DNA of 64,000 bases, taken from NCBI GenBank assembly GCA_951406725.2, contig OX597817.1:69006001-69070000 (forward strand). The letters run 5' to 3'. A program made the position numbers and the translations under genes. Positions 40,264 through 54,752 of the stretch are shown one piece after another. Source of the DNA: Octopus vulgaris (taxonomy: Eukaryota). The notes beneath the pieces are model-generated. The model searched no databases, had not been told where the DNA came from, and was given only the letters and a program-made list of their open reading frames with translations. Position 1 is the stretch's first letter. Each line of letters opens with the position of its first letter.

Positions 40264-40653
40264 CTAGCAGTATTGCCCGGCGTTGCTCGGGTTTGTTTTG
40301 ACCCTTTAGAATTGGAATTTTTGAAAAGTAAAAATTTTGCATTCATGTAGCTTGTTATTCTCTTTAAGTGAACATTTTTCTGAACATACACTGAAAAATG
40401 GCGACACAGCAGTCAAAAAATCGTTAAAAATAGGGATTTTCATAGAAAAAAAGCACCTTTTTGATGTAAATAATTTTTGGTCTTAACATGGTCCGATTTG
40501 AATTTTTTCTTCTACTGAAGGAAGAGCAAGCCTTCTTCTATCATACTCTCAATTTTGGTCAACTTGCACCGCAGTGTCTTGGAGGAGATAGTGTTAGTTG
40601 AAGGCTACCAAACCTGCCATACACAGACAACTTCAGCTTTATATATAGAGAGA
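40264..40653 (-). mobile_element. non-autonomous Helitron (about 390 bp)
   Basis: The minus strand starts TCTCTCTATATATAAAG and ends with hairpin CCCGAGCAACGCCGGG, 8 nt, then CTAG|T. Confidence 0.75.
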
Positions 40654-41444
40654 CTAGAGTGTTATTCATCATATGAAGGGTAACTTTGGAAGTATACTTT
40701 TGACCCCCATGTTTAATATTAGGAGATATGGCTGCTACACAATGATCATAATTTAACTTTTATCGAATTATTTGTATCAAAATGAAATGATGAAATGGAA
40801 ACTAATTTTCAAAAACAAAATAAAAATATTTATTATCTTGAGATTAAATAAAATAAATTTCTCATTTGTATCACTCCTCTTGTAACAACCCTGTCATTAT
40901 CTTTGCTCATCCTGCACCTCTTGTCTAAATTCTCTCTGTATCTCTTTTCTACTGGTATCTCCCTCTATTTCTGTGTAATGTGTGATTGCAGAAACCAACC
41001 AACCAACCAACCAACCTACACAGGTTGTTTCAATAGTTCAGTCATTGAACTATTAAACAATACTGAACTTATATAATATATACTACAGGCTATCACCTTT
41101 GATTATATTTATCAAACAATTCTAATTAGGAGAAGGGGCGACACACTGTAGAACTTACACCAAATGTTTCTTACTTTGGTGCCATCACTAACCGTTTGTC
41201 CAGTGTGCTTCGTGGAATGTAATATGAGGGAGATTAGCTTCTTATTTCTAGCAGTCAAGTGATCAAATGGAAGATTGTTCATTCCTTTGTTTAACTGTAG
41301 TGTTAGTTAACTTGGTTACACTGGTACATTGTCACCAAGCTTTTAATAACTAATACACAGATGTAGATTGTATGTAATACACAATGGAACCCAAGCAGAA
41401 TGGCAAGAAAACTATTCTATGCAAAGATACTGATATAGCAGAGT

Positions 41445-42602
41445 TTACAAACTAGATTGTCTGATAAATGTACAAGGATGTGGTGATAACAACGTTGTAC
41501 AATCAACTTTCTCACAATGTTCTCCATCACATACTTTCATTTTCATACAAAGTCTGCAATAACATTTACAAAAGTTTAATACACGGTTTTTTGTTAAATG
41601 ACAATCTACATTACAATCTTTAAATTCTGTCACACAGTACAGAGAATTAGAACAATGAAATGACCTTTATGCAGGTGAAACAAGAGTTTCATAATAATCA
41701 TCAAGGTTAATTACCTCTTTTGTCTGTTAATTGTTATGAAGAACAAAACTATATCAAATAAAGAAAATAGATTGTTAGAAGGAAGTGATTTCCATGGAAA
41801 ACAAGAGAGGTTTTATTTTCGTTTTCTAATTAGAGTTTCTTGTAGTCTTCTTCTGGCTTCACTTACATAGTTGTGGATCTGAAAGAGCTTGATAACCCTT
41901 TCATGGCTGTATTTCTAATGAAATATACTGCCTGTGGGTTTTTCAGTTAATTTTGAAAATAATCAAGAATCTGTAGGAATTTAGTAGAAGAGCTGACTTT
42001 TTACTTTATGAAGTTGGAATTTAAAGTGGAAATGTAACAACAAAAAGAAATGTTCTTACATAATTTTACAATGAAAGATTTTCATTTAAATACAAATATT
42101 TTTAAAACTAGAGATTGTGTATCATAGAAGCAGTGGCAGTATTAAATGGGTTGGTATTAACATAGGATTAATATGCTTTTAATATATCAACCAGCTTGGC
42201 TTGTCTGACCTGAAATCTATACCAGCAGGTGAGATTTTCATACATACTGTTCACTCAATTAGACAGCTAGATGTCATAAACAAACTTAGTTTCAGAGGAA
42301 TTAATATGGAAGAACAGCCAAAAATGAGAGAAAAAAATATCAACAGAAAAAAAATTTAAATAAAATCAAAGAGAGAAAGAACATTATTCAGTTTCTGTGT
42401 TAGAATATGGATTTAGATTTCTGCCCAAAATTAATGGCCAAATAATAATAGTTATATGAATGTCAATAAGTAGAGAAAGTGTTTTGTATTTAATAAAAAA
42501 TGAAAATTACAATCAAATAAAATATATATACGTATATTACTTGTCTGAAACTAGGATATAAAATTGAATGCTGTGGAAGATCACTCTTTCATAGAAATTC
42601 AT
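41445..42602 (-). CDS. speculative 97-aa cysteine-rich small protein (coding exons 42602-42541, 41878-41867, 41664-41445)
   Basis: Splice sites are phase-compatible, and the last exon has 12 Cys. No homology is recognised. Confidence 0.2.
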
Positions 42603-43494
42603 TTGTATGTTTTTTTTTATCGCTCTTTTTCTTTTGGCAATTTTATTTTATTTTTCTTTGTACATTACTACTTCTCCACCACCCTTATTCAATTTGACAT
42701 TACTTTTTGACAACTGCTCTATCTCAGAATAATAGAGGTATTGTGCTGAATGCTTAGATTTGTTATTGGAGACTGGAATTTTGCCGTATTCAACTCTCCA
42801 TGCATCAGACATAATGCCATTATTGTCCATTGCCACTGATAATCGATGGCATCTTCAATGAGCCAATTCTACAGTCTCTTTTAATTTTATTTATTTATTT
42901 ATATATTCATTTATTTGTTTATTTATTTATCTTTTCACAGTATTTTAATTCGTTCCAATAGAATTACCAACATATAGTTTCTGAAAGGAAGAGAAATTTT
43001 AAAATGAAAAACAAAAACAAATATAAAAGAAAAAAAATAATATCAAAGTTTTGATGAAAAGTGAAAAACAATAGAGTTTTTGAATTAAAGCATGAATATT
43101 GTGTATTCTGTTTCATAAACTAACTATCAGATTCTAAAGGTCTTTATAATTTCTTATGTTGGAATTGTTTGTAATAAGTTTCAGACTTCAATGGGAATGG
43201 ATTTAATTTTTATTAGCCATCAAACCATTTGAAAAATGATGAATGATCAGGCAAAGTATTGGAACATGTATGTTATATGATTTATGTTTATATTCTGTTA
43301 CAAGCATTTACCATCATTATTAAGTGGATTGTTTGAAAATTGTAAAAATTCTTTCCAAATGAAACCTTTGGTAGCAATGTCAATCCACAAATAAAGTGCA
43401 TTTATTCACCAAATGCAATGTTGAGAATTCAATCTCACTGTTCAATACATATTATTTATATATACATATATATACATATACATATATACATATA

Positions 43495-43910
43495 CAGGAG
43501 TGGCTGTGTGGTAAGTAGCTTGCTAACCAACCACATGGTTCAGGGTTCAGTCCCACTGCGTGGCATCTTGGGCAAGTGTCTTCTGCTATAGCCCCGGGCC
43601 GACCAATGCCTTGTGAGTGGATTTGGTAGACAGAAACTGAAAGAAGCCTGTCGTATATATGTATATATATATATATATATATATAGGTGTATGTGTGTTT
43701 GTGTGTCTGTGCTTGTTCCCCTAGCATTGCTTGACAACCAATGCTGGTGTGTTTACGTCCTCGTCACTTAGCGGTTCGGCAAAAAGAGACCAATAGAATA
43801 AGTACTGGGCTTACAAAAAGAATAAGTCCCGGGGTCGAGTTGCTCGACTAAAGGCGGTGCTCCAGCATGGCCACAGTCAAATGACTGAAACAAGTAAAAG
43901 AGTAAAGAGT
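43495..43910 (+). mobile_element. tRNA-derived SINE (family A), young copy
   Basis: GGAGTGGCTGTGTGGTAAGTAGCTTG...GGGTTCAGTCCCACTGCGTGG; CpGs largely retained. Confidence 0.9.
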
Positions 43911-45439
43911 ATATAGTGGAATCTCCCATCAAAGATTATGTTTGGGTATTCAGCTTTTGCTGAACAATCTAGACAAATGATTTGTTTATAGAGATCAAAT
44001 GTATTTGTACATTTGTTCAGTGCCTTCATTAAATCGACATTGCCTGAACAAGTGCACAGTGTACTACATGCCAGGTGTCACAATGACCACAGATGATCAT
44101 GCTGGAGCAGTTACCAGCTAGAAGGGTTTCATTGAAAAAAAATCAACCCCACTACTTATTTCAAAATCTGCTACTTCTGCTGGTTTCTTTTGCTAAACCA
44201 CTGAGTTACAAGGACATAAATGAGCCAATACTTGTCATGTACTGGTGAGGAAAAAACAAAGACACACACATGTACACACATGCACACAGACACAGACACA
44301 CACACACACACACACACACACACCATTAACATCAACATCATCATCGTTTAACACCTGCTTTCCATGCTGGCATGGCCTGGAAGGTTTGACAAGAGCTGAG
44401 CAGCGAGGGAGCTGGCCAGACTCCACTTGTCTGTTGTGATACGGTTTCTACAGCTGTATGCCCTTCTTAATGCCAACCACTTTACAGAGTGTGCTGGATG
44501 CTTTAATGTATCACTGGCACAGGTGCGTTTATGCAGCACCTGCTCCAGTGCATTTTATGTGACACCAACACCTATAAAGGACAAGCCTGTATGTATGGAT
44601 ACACACACACACACACATATATATGACAAGTTTTCACAGTTTCAGGCAACTAAATTTACTTGCAAGACTTTAACAGTGGCCTGGGCTACAGGAGAAGACA
44701 CTTGCCTAAGGTGCTGTACAGTGGGACTAAAACCAAAACCATGTGGTAGCAAAGCAAGCTTCTTAACCGCACAGCCATACCTGCACTTATGTGAATATTT
44801 ACCTAAAAGTAAAATACATTTAAAAGTAAGTGATATTCCCATAAAAGGATTATTAAAACTATTAAAATTTCAATATGCTAGACCATGTTGATATACAATA
44901 CAGACCTACCTTACTGATGATGAACCGTAAGGTAAGCAGTCATTATCATAAGCGACAGACAAGATGTAAGACTATAAATACAAGGATCTATGATTTGAAA
45001 TGAGAAAAGAAGAAAATTACTAAATTATACATTCCAAAAGCCTGAACATCTTAAGGTTTGAGACAAAGAAGACTGTCACTGTTCTCATTTAATGTTAAAT
45101 TACCTTTGATCAGGCAGATTTATGGTTAAAAGATACTGCTGGGTTTTTTGGATGTAGTTTACATGTATGATACAATGGCTACTTCAGTTGTTTTTAAAAA
45201 CATAAGCTGTAAAAAGGAGATTTTGCTGCTACTTCTAGCAGATCATGCAACCAGGTAGAGGATTTCTTAGAATGTATCTTTATTTTATTGATAAGAGAGA
45301 AACACTTGTGAAAAATCCTGATTATAGAGTTACATAATTAAAGGATTAACATTCTCATCGCTAGTAATAAACGCAAGTGTAAATTGGCTACTGCTAGGAT
45401 TAAATATCAGCTCTTTATCTGTCCAAAGTATTTTCATAA

Positions 45440-45975
45440 ATGTTGTGTGCAAGAGAGAAGACTGTGTTGGTTTATTCATGTGATGCAGACAGACACCGAC
45501 ATAAAGAAGTGCCGATCTCTCGAAGTAGATGGAACTCGTGGAAGTGAGAGACCCAGGAAGACATGGGACGAAGTAGTGAAGAATGACTTCAAGATGCTGA
45601 ATTTTTCAGGCAAGATGAGAAAGGACTGGAATGCCTAGAAGACCTGTGCCCCACAGCAGAAGTGTTAATTTTTTAGTCCTCCTGGTGGGGAGGATTGATC
45701 TGCAGCAGTCCTGTGCCGGTACCACATGGAAAGTACTTGTCACAGTGCTATGTAAAAGTGCCTGTGTAGTGTCACATAAAAGCACCCATGAAGTGCCACA
45801 TAAAAGTGACCATATAGCACACTCCGTAAAGTATTTGGCATTAGGAAGGGCATATAGTCATAGTAACCATGCCAAACAGACTGGAGCCTGATGCAGCTCT
45901 CTGGCTTACCAGCTCTAGTCAAACTGTCCAACCCATGCTGGCATGGGCAATGGATGTTAAATAATGATGATGATT
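45440..45975 (+). mobile_element. RTE LINE 3' fragment
   Basis: CCVQERRLCWFIHVM...KKCRSLEVDGTRGSERPRKTWDEVVK, followed by the family 3' UTR and (GAT)n. Confidence 0.85.
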
Positions 45976-46177
45976 ATCTTAAATGCTTGTTTTCAGGTTT
46001 TAGGTTTTGTTTCATATGTTCTGAGCAATAAAAGCTTTCTTTTCATAAGTCCTATTTTACTCTAGTGGTTGAAAACAATTGAGAATATGTATCATACACA
46101 ATGCATTGACACCAGGGAAATATCTCTTGTATATGGAATGTGATACATAGAACAGGAAAAAGGTAAAGTGGCAATTG

Positions 46178-46997
46178 ATCATCATCATCGTCATCATCAT
46201 TTAACATCTGTTGCCCGTGCTGGCATGGGTTCAATGGTTTGATCAAGGCTGGAAAGTTGAGGGGTTGCACCAAATTCCAGTCTGATTTAGCATAGTTTCT
46301 ATGGCTGAATGCCCTTTGTAACATCATCTACTCTGAGAGTGCAATGGGTACTTTTTAATGCCACTGGCGTAGGTGCCAGTTGAGTAGCCCTAGTTTCCGC
46401 CACAACTACAATTTCACTTAACTTGATGGGTCTTCTACTTAAACACAGCATATTGTTGAAGGTCTTGGTCATTTGTCACTGCCTCTGCGAGGCCCAATGC
46501 TCAAGAGGTGCTTTTTATGTGCCACTGGCATAGGTACTAGTTACACAATACTGGTATCAGCCACATTGCCTCCATGAGGCCCACTGCTCAAAAGGTGCTT
46601 TTTACGTGCCACCAACAGGGGTGCTAGTTATGTGACACCAGCATCAACCACATTACGACCATGAGACCCAACACTTGAAAGGTGCTTTTTACATGCCACC
46701 AGCATGGGTACCAGTTACATAACTTCAGTATCAGCCATGACTGTGATTTCACTTGGCTTCATGGGTCTTCTCAAGCACAGCATATCACTAAAGGTCTTGG
46801 TCACTAGTCATTGCCTCCACAAGGCTCAACATTCGAAGGTCATGTTTCACCACTGCATCCCATGTCTTCCTGGGCCTACCTCTTGAACAGGTTATCTCCA
46901 CAGTTGGAGATCGGCACTACTTTACACAGCTGTCCTCTTTCATACACATCACATGACCATACCAACCCAGTCGTCTCTCTTGCACATTGATATCTGT
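46178..46997 (-). mobile_element. RTE LINE 3' fragment with degenerate UTR repeats
   Basis: The minus strand encodes ERRLGWYGHVMCM and RGRPRKTWD, followed by the UTR and (CAT)n. Confidence 0.8.
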
Positions 46998-49528
46998 TTC
47001 AAATTTTGTCACAAGGCTAGCAATTTGTGGGGAGGCAGTAACTCAAATACATTGACTGGTACTTATTTTATTGACCTTGGAAGGATGAAAGGCAAAGTCA
47101 ACCTCAGTGGGATTTGAACTCAGAACATAAAGTCAGAAAAAATACCACTAAGCATTTTGCCTGGTGTACTCATGATTCTGCCAGCTTGACACCTTGAAAG
47201 TGGTAATTAATATTGTACAAATTTCAAATTTTTGTACAAGACTAACAATTTAGTGGGAGAAACTAAGTTGATTATATCAACCCCAGTGTTCCACTGGTAC
47301 TTATTTTACTGACCCCAAAAGTATCAAAGGCAAAGCCAACCTCAGTAGAATCTGAGACAACTCCTGTTGTCTCAACACAAAACATTGTTTATTAAGCGTC
47401 ATCCAATCAATGGACACAATTCTATCATGTGACATTTTTCACTCCCACAACATTTATTACTTAAGCTTACGGTGATTCATATGGAGAGGACACTTTATTG
47501 ACTCTACCTGGTGATGTTAGATATACATCAACTCATTGTTGTGGATTTACTCTTTTCACCTTAGCATGCTTACTGTGGTACAGATGGTTTATTTTGCATC
47601 ATGGGCAATTGAAGTTACAGTTTACCATTTTGGACTTTGGTTTGGAATTGTTGCAATATTTTCTTCATTCATTGATAAAGCCATTATCTGAGCACAATAA
47701 CATTAATCATTTTGGTTGACCCCCTTTGGTCATGAATGACCATGGGATTGCACCTAGAAAGTTACCCTCCGAGGTACAAGTCTGGGCAAGGTTGTTTATG
47801 GAAGCCAGTAGTTACCCATGCATACCAGCCTCCCCTCTCCACACCACTGATGTTATCCAAGGGAAAAGCAAAGGCCGATACAGCTTGGCACCAGTGATGT
47901 CACAAATCATTTCTACAGCTGAGTTAACTGGAGCAATGTGAAACAAAGTGTCTTGCTCAAGAACACAACATGTAGCCCAGTCTGGGAATCGAACTCACAA
48001 CCTCACAATCATAAGCTCAATGGTCAAACCACTGAGCCATGCACCTTCACTTAATCATCTTACATTATAACAACATTTGAACTCACAACGTAAAGTCAGA
48101 AGAAATGCCACTAAGCATTTTACCTAGTGTACCCGCTTTCCACCTTAAATTGGTAATTAGTATTAACAGGTAAAATGTTTCTTAGTCTTGTACTTGGGAG
48201 AAGAGTTATTTTGATATTGGAAAGAGAGTTCTTCAGGAAATCAGAAAAGTATTCTTTCTTTGTCTATAGCCCATGGGGACCATGGATACAGAGAAGATTT
48301 ATAGGAAATAGCAAGTAATTAATTGTCATGAATGCTTGGGAGAAAAGTAGTTGGGGAGAGAAAGGCAGGAAATCTGGGAAAGAATGAGGTTGCAGGTGGA
48401 GAAAGAATAAGAGCAAGAAGGAAGAATGGAGTTAGAATAGGAAAATGAAGAATATTGGTTGGTTTAATAAAAGTTTATTCATTAATTCTTCTTCTTTTTT
48501 TTTTTTTTGGTAGTGATGCAGGTAACTCAGTGACCATGGTAAAGAGATTGACAACAGAATTATTTGTTATTTTATTCTTCTACTTGTTTTGGTTATTCTG
48601 AGGTACCACTTTGAAGAATTTTGGTCAAACAAATTGACTCCAGTACTTACTTTTTACTTAAGCCTGGTGCTCATTTTATCAGTTGTTTTTGCCAAACCAC
48701 TACATTATGGGAACATAAACACACCAACACCAGTTATCAAACAGTGGTGAGGGACAAACAGAGACAAAAACACACACACACACAATGGGCTTTTTTCAGT
48801 TTTCATCAGCTAATTCCATTCAAAGGCTTTGGGCAGCTTGAGGCTATAATAGAAGACACCTGGCCAAGGTGCCATGCAGTGAGACAGAACCAGGAGCAAT
48901 GTGGTTGAGAAACAAGCTTCTTACCACACAGTCACATCTGTACATATTCATATTCATAAAATTTGGTAATTGGAGTCTTCTATTTCCAACCTTCTATGGA
49001 AAACATGTCCAGCTGTGGATAAATATCATTTTACTAGGAAACAGGTAAGGGTCAGTGACAAGAAGGACAACCATCCATAAAAAAAAATTTGCTTTAAAAA
49101 AAATTCAGTCTCACCCATGCATGCATGGAAAAGATGATGGTTGTGGCGGTGATGATGATGATGATGATGATGATGTCTGTGTACATACACACATGGCCAT
49201 AAGGCTGCTAGCAAGAAAAATCTCCACGCATACATATACAAAGAACAAAAACAAAGACAAACACATATACATGATGGCCACAGACATACAACACACACAC
49301 ACAGAGAAAAATACAATGGAAGCCAGACTACCAGTCCACATGCTCTTACATATATAGATGGTGTGAGTTGGCAGATTTGTTAGGGAACCAGACAGTATGC
49401 CTTGCAGTGTTTATTCAAGCTCTCTGCACTAGCAGAAAAATCCTGCCAAGGTTAACTTTGCCTTTCATCCTTTTAGGGATCGATAAATACAGAACTAGTG
49501 CAATACGGGGGGGGGGGGCAATTCATCT

Positions 49529-49576
<48 letters not shown>

Positions 49577-49913
49577 GAAGGAATCAGTTTCTGGGACTGA
49601 AAAATGCCTACAAATTAATAATTCTGTCCATGTCCTCAGATGGAGTAATTCTTTTTGTAGTCAAACACACACAGACACACACACGGAGAAAGAGGGAAAG
49701 AGAGAGAAGACGGAGAAAGAGAGAGGAGAGGGAGTGAGAGAGAGGAGAGGGAGAAAGAGAGAGGAGAGGGAGAAAGAGAGAGGAGAGGGAGAAAGAGATT
49801 GTATGAAGTGGTATACAGATTTTATATATTAAGAAAGAGGATATAGACAGAAGTTTTGATAATTCTTTATTAGTGCTATCAAAGAATTATCCAAATTCTG
49901 ATTACCTGCTTTT

Positions 49914-49948
<35 letters not shown>

Positions 49949-52334
49949 TCTTTTACTCTCTTAATTGTTTCAGTCATTTGACTGCAGCCATACTGGAGCA
50001 CCGCCTTTAGTCGAGCAAATCGACCCCAGGACTTATTCTTTGTAAACCTAGTACTTATTCTCTCAGTCTCTTTTGCCAAATCGCTAAGTTACAGGGATGC
50101 AAACACATCAGCTTGGGTTGCACACACACACACTCACACATACATACAAAAACACTCACACATACATAAATACTCATATATACACTCATTTACTAACAAA
50201 TTCATAACTTATATACACACACATCTAACACACATGCACATAGTAATGTAGAAGTTTTAAACATGTTCAGGTATATAAAAGCCATAGAACATTAATTGAG
50301 AAAGTGCTCAATAACAACAGTAGAGTAAAGGGTTTACTATAGTGTTTTATATTACATTGTAGCAAGAGAAAGAAAATGATGCAAGAATATGTTCCTTTAC
50401 ACATTCATAAACACAAACACACATACACACCTCTAATTGTTTTAGATTAAGAAAGGAAGAATTTTCAAGTGTTTTATTATATTATTCACAGGTTTTGTAT
50501 GAATAGTAAATTGGTAAACAAGGTAAGTGTATATCAAAAGCATTGTGGGTTTATTTATTTATTTATTTTGCTGGGTCACAGGCTGTTCTGATTGGGTGAT
50601 CACATCTGGATGCTTTTTTATCTAGAATAATATATGACCCACCAGGGAGGAATTGTCAAAGAATAGACTCTCATGAGACCATACACACACATATACAGAC
50701 ACATATAGTTTATATGAACACACACACACATATATATAGATACATACATTCATATGTGTGTGTGTGAACAAATTATTAGCAGTACCAAAAATATAAACCA
50801 ATTATTAAGTGGGAGCTAGTCTTTCTTATTCAACAAAACAATGTTTATCAGACAGTGAAGATAATTTCTCAAAATAAACAGTTGGTTTCAACACTAATTC
50901 AGAGCATCTGTAACTATTCCTGGCATATAATTTTGTCAAAGATGAATGAGGGAAAAAAACAAACAAACAAGAAAAAGAAAAACAACTTAAAAGATAATGA
51001 AAGACACAAAGAAAAAATAAGCAGCCACTCACGCAAATATTAAAATCACGTTTGACAAAGAATTTCAATATTTTATAGGAAGAAAAAGACTAAGTTTTAG
51101 AACGAATCTTAGAATTAATATGTACACAGAATTTTTATATTGGGATTCAGTGTCTTTAAGTGGGTCATATTTGAAGTTGACCCTTGACAAACCAAGAATG
51201 GAAATGTTTGATTTGCAACTGTATGGTTTGGGTTCAATTTCTCAATTGGACATCTGATTTCTGACCTTGGTTTCACAAACACATTGTGAGTGGAATTGTG
51301 TAGTTTCCACTGCACAAAAGTTTGTCATACTTTCTTCTATATTTCAAATGATGACATTGCTCTCTGTCAAATATAAAGGTAAAAGGTATTGGCTAACCCT
51401 TCAACTATGCAACTTAACCATTTAGCATTTAAATTGACCATATATCCAGTCAAAATATTCTATCCATTTCAAGTACCAAGTGGCCAGATCTCGCCTCTCA
51501 TGCCAAACCTACAATGCCATTCTAAAAATTAACAGTTACCTCATTAAGATCTCAAAGCTACAAGACGATGCATGATTAATTCAAAACAATATGAATACAT
51601 TGGCATTACTTTTGACAGAAAAAGGCAAATGATAAAGGTTCAATAATTATTTATACTATAGAATACAAAGTCTGAAATTTTTAAGAAAGGTGGATAGTTG
51701 ATTATATCAAGCCCTTGTGCTGAACTGGTATTTTTTTTTATTGATCCTGAAGAGATGAAAAGCAAAGTCAACCTTGGTGGAATTTGAACTCAGAACATAG
51801 GTGTAGGAAAAAATGCTGGTTAGCATTTTGTCCAGAAAAAGAACAATTCTTCCAGCTTGTCACCTTACCATGCAACTTCATAATAAGGATTCTTCACATG
51901 ATCCTTTTCTGTTATTATCACAAAATAAAAATATCCTTTAACCCTTGTGCATTTAAACCAACAACATCTGGTCCAAATATTGTACCTGTTTTAAGTTCAA
52001 ACCAGCCAGATCTAGCCCCTTGCACCACCCTTACAATGTCATTCTGAAACTAAACAATCACATCATTTGAAATCTTAAAGCTACGAGACAATGTATGTTT
52101 GATTCAAAACAATCTGGATTACAAGCATAAGATTTTATTAAAGATATCTGAATCTTAAAGGTTTATTAAGGCATACCCTATGTAATGGTGTGGCTGACTA
52201 GAAATAAGGTTGTAGCTGTTATACAGTGCATCCAGCTGTTGTTTTTTTTATATTCTCTTTATGAGCACATTGGTTACAATATAGTCCTAGATACACATAG
52301 AAAGCCATAATAGCCACACACGGAGAGCATTTAA

Positions 52335-52441
52335 TCTTTAGCACACTGGAGGTGCATCATGTAACAGTATTAGTTTCTCCCCTGAAATAACAGGGCAGCG
52401 GCAGAGGAAACAATTCTAGAGAAAATGCAGTGTGCTAAAGG
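52335..52441. mobile_element. 107-bp TTAA MITE (second piggyBac-type family)
   Basis: TTAA|TCTTTAGCACACTGGA...TGCAGTGTGCTAAAGG|TTAA. Confidence 0.7.
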
Positions 52442-52769
52442 TTAATAAGTCAACTCATACACAGCAGACCTCAGGCTCAACATCAGCATTAACAACAGTA
52501 GCAACAACACAATAATGAAAGCAACACAGAAAACAATAGCAACAGCAACAAAAATGCAATAACAACAGTAACAGCAACAGCAATTACAATGACAACCACA
52601 GCGGCAGCAATAACTAGATTACATACAGAAATATGGGAAATGTATAAACTTGAAAAAGTAATTCTCATGACACCTGCAAATGCCATTTGCTTTAAATGGT
52701 GATATTAAGTTTGTAATGACCAAGTACTTCAGTGATCTAATAGAGTGGGCTGACACACACATTCACAAT

Positions 52770-54752
52770 ATCATCATCATCATTATCCTCATCATCATCA
52801 TCATCATTATCATCGTTTAACGTCTGTTTTCCATGCTAGCATGGGTGGGATGATACCACAAGAGCCGGCCAGGCTGAAGCCTGCACCAGACTTCTGTGCC
52901 TGTTTTGGCAGGATTTTTACAGCTGGATGCCCTTCCTAACACCAACCACTCAGCAGAGTGGGCTGAGTATTTTTTACATAGCACAAGTACAGGCAAGGTG
53001 AGTAGTGCTTTTTACGTGGTACAAACACAGACAAGGTCAGTTTTGGCAATGTTTTTACAGCTGGATGCCCTTCCAAACACCAACCACTTTACAGTGTGGA
53101 CTGGGTGCTTTTAAGTTGCACCTACACTGACAGGGTCACCAAGTACTTGCAAGACGTAAAGGTGGCACTGGAGGAGGTGATAGTGAAAAGGTTATAGTGA
53201 GACAGATATAGGTACCTTGATGTAGAGGAAGTACAAAGTTACCTGGCCAAAGAAAGAAAAATCAGGAATGAAGACACAAACAGGTGTGCTACTGCAAAGA
53301 AAATACACGGTTGCCTAACCTGAGGGGAGTGCAGGAGAAGGAGAGAGAGAGGGAGACAGCAAGATAGAGATGGTGGCATACTCACAAGAAACTGGGATCA
53401 GAATATAAACGAGATGGTTGAGTAAGGGGAGAGAGAGATATAGATGGTAACAAGTGCCAGGGCATATCCTTGAGGTTCAAATGCCATAATATAAATAATA
53501 GGATATTGTAAAGAGAGTGTGATTAAAGAGTGCGAATAAGTGGTGAAAAAACACGGGTATATATAGAGTTGGTGGGGCTACCTGATAGCAATGTTAAAGA
53601 GAAACAGGGGTGTGAGGACGGGATTGGGGAGTGAGAGCTAGGCATAATGTATGAAGATGGAAAATATGAGAAAGAGAAGAGATGTAGGTTGGTTTGTTGG
53701 GGCAGGGTGAAGGAAAAGTTTTCTTGATATGTGTAGGTGGAACACCCAGGTCCGGGGGGGGGGGGTGCAAGCGAACAGGATTGGGGAGTGGAATGTAATA
53801 ATAGTACATGAAGCAGAAATGTGAGGAAGAGAAGAGATGTTGAGATGTAGCCTGGTTTGTTGTGGTAGAGTGTGTCAGAAGTTTTCTTGTTAATTGTGGT
53901 TGTGACACCCACTTCTGAAACTCATTTTCACTGATGTGGGCTGGTCTTCTCAAAAATTTCATATCACCAGACATCTCAGTCCACTGTCATTTCCTCAGTG
54001 ATGCCCAGCTTCCTGAGTTCAGTCCTTACCACTTCATCTCCTGTCTTCCTGGGTCTCCTTCTTCCACAGGTACCATCCACTGTCAGTGATTAGCACTTCT
54101 TTATGCAGCTGTCCTCATTCATACACATCACATGTCCAAACCAATGTAGTGTTCTTTCTTGCATGTACATTTGATTCCTCTTATGCACAACTTTTCTCTC
54201 AATACATTTGAAATTTTTCATACATGTGCACTGATGCTGCACATCCATCAGAATATACTACCTCTCTACTCTATGCATGTCTTCTGCATTCAGAACCCAT
54301 GTCTCACTATCATGGAGTATAGCCGTTCATATACAAGCATCATATAGTCTACCTATAATACTCTGAGAGCAGTCCTTCTTCAGGATCTGCACTTAATATC
54401 TTTTGATTTAAGTGTTTAAATATTTTCAGATCATCCTGCACATCTGCCACATGCAAAGATACCACAAGAGCCGGCCAGGTTGAAGCCTGCACCGGACTTC
54501 TGTGCCTGTTTTGGCAGGATTTTTACAGCTGGATGCCCTTCCTAACACCAACCACTCAGCAGAGTGGGCTATTTTTTACACAGCACAAGTACAGGCAAGG
54601 TGAATAGTGCTTTTTGCGTGGTACAAACACAGGCAAGGTCAGTTTTGGCAATGTTTTTACAGCTGGGTGCCCTTCCAAACACCAACCACTTTACAGTGTG
54701 GACTGGGTGCTTTTTACCTGTGATACCACTGCATCTCTTATGAGTCCATAGT
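52770..54752 (-). mobile_element. decayed RTE LINE with an internal copy of its own 3' UTR
   Basis: Minus-strand remnants LWTHKRCSGITG, FACGRCAG and GRRRPRKT, with a (CAT)n tail at about 52770-52815. Confidence 0.75.

Noticed and set aside
42648-42836. 62-aa minus-strand ORF (MAMDNNG...) with ordinary composition
   Set aside because: Short, with no recognisable homology. At most a uORF in the speculative exon.
44914-44950. CTGATGA motif
   Set aside because: No stem II plus GAAA or stem I pairing follows.
50492-50522. 31-nt plus-strand segment with good splice signals (TTCACAG / AAG|GTAAGT)
   Set aside because: No partner exons or homology. Such matches are expected by chance in 64 kb.
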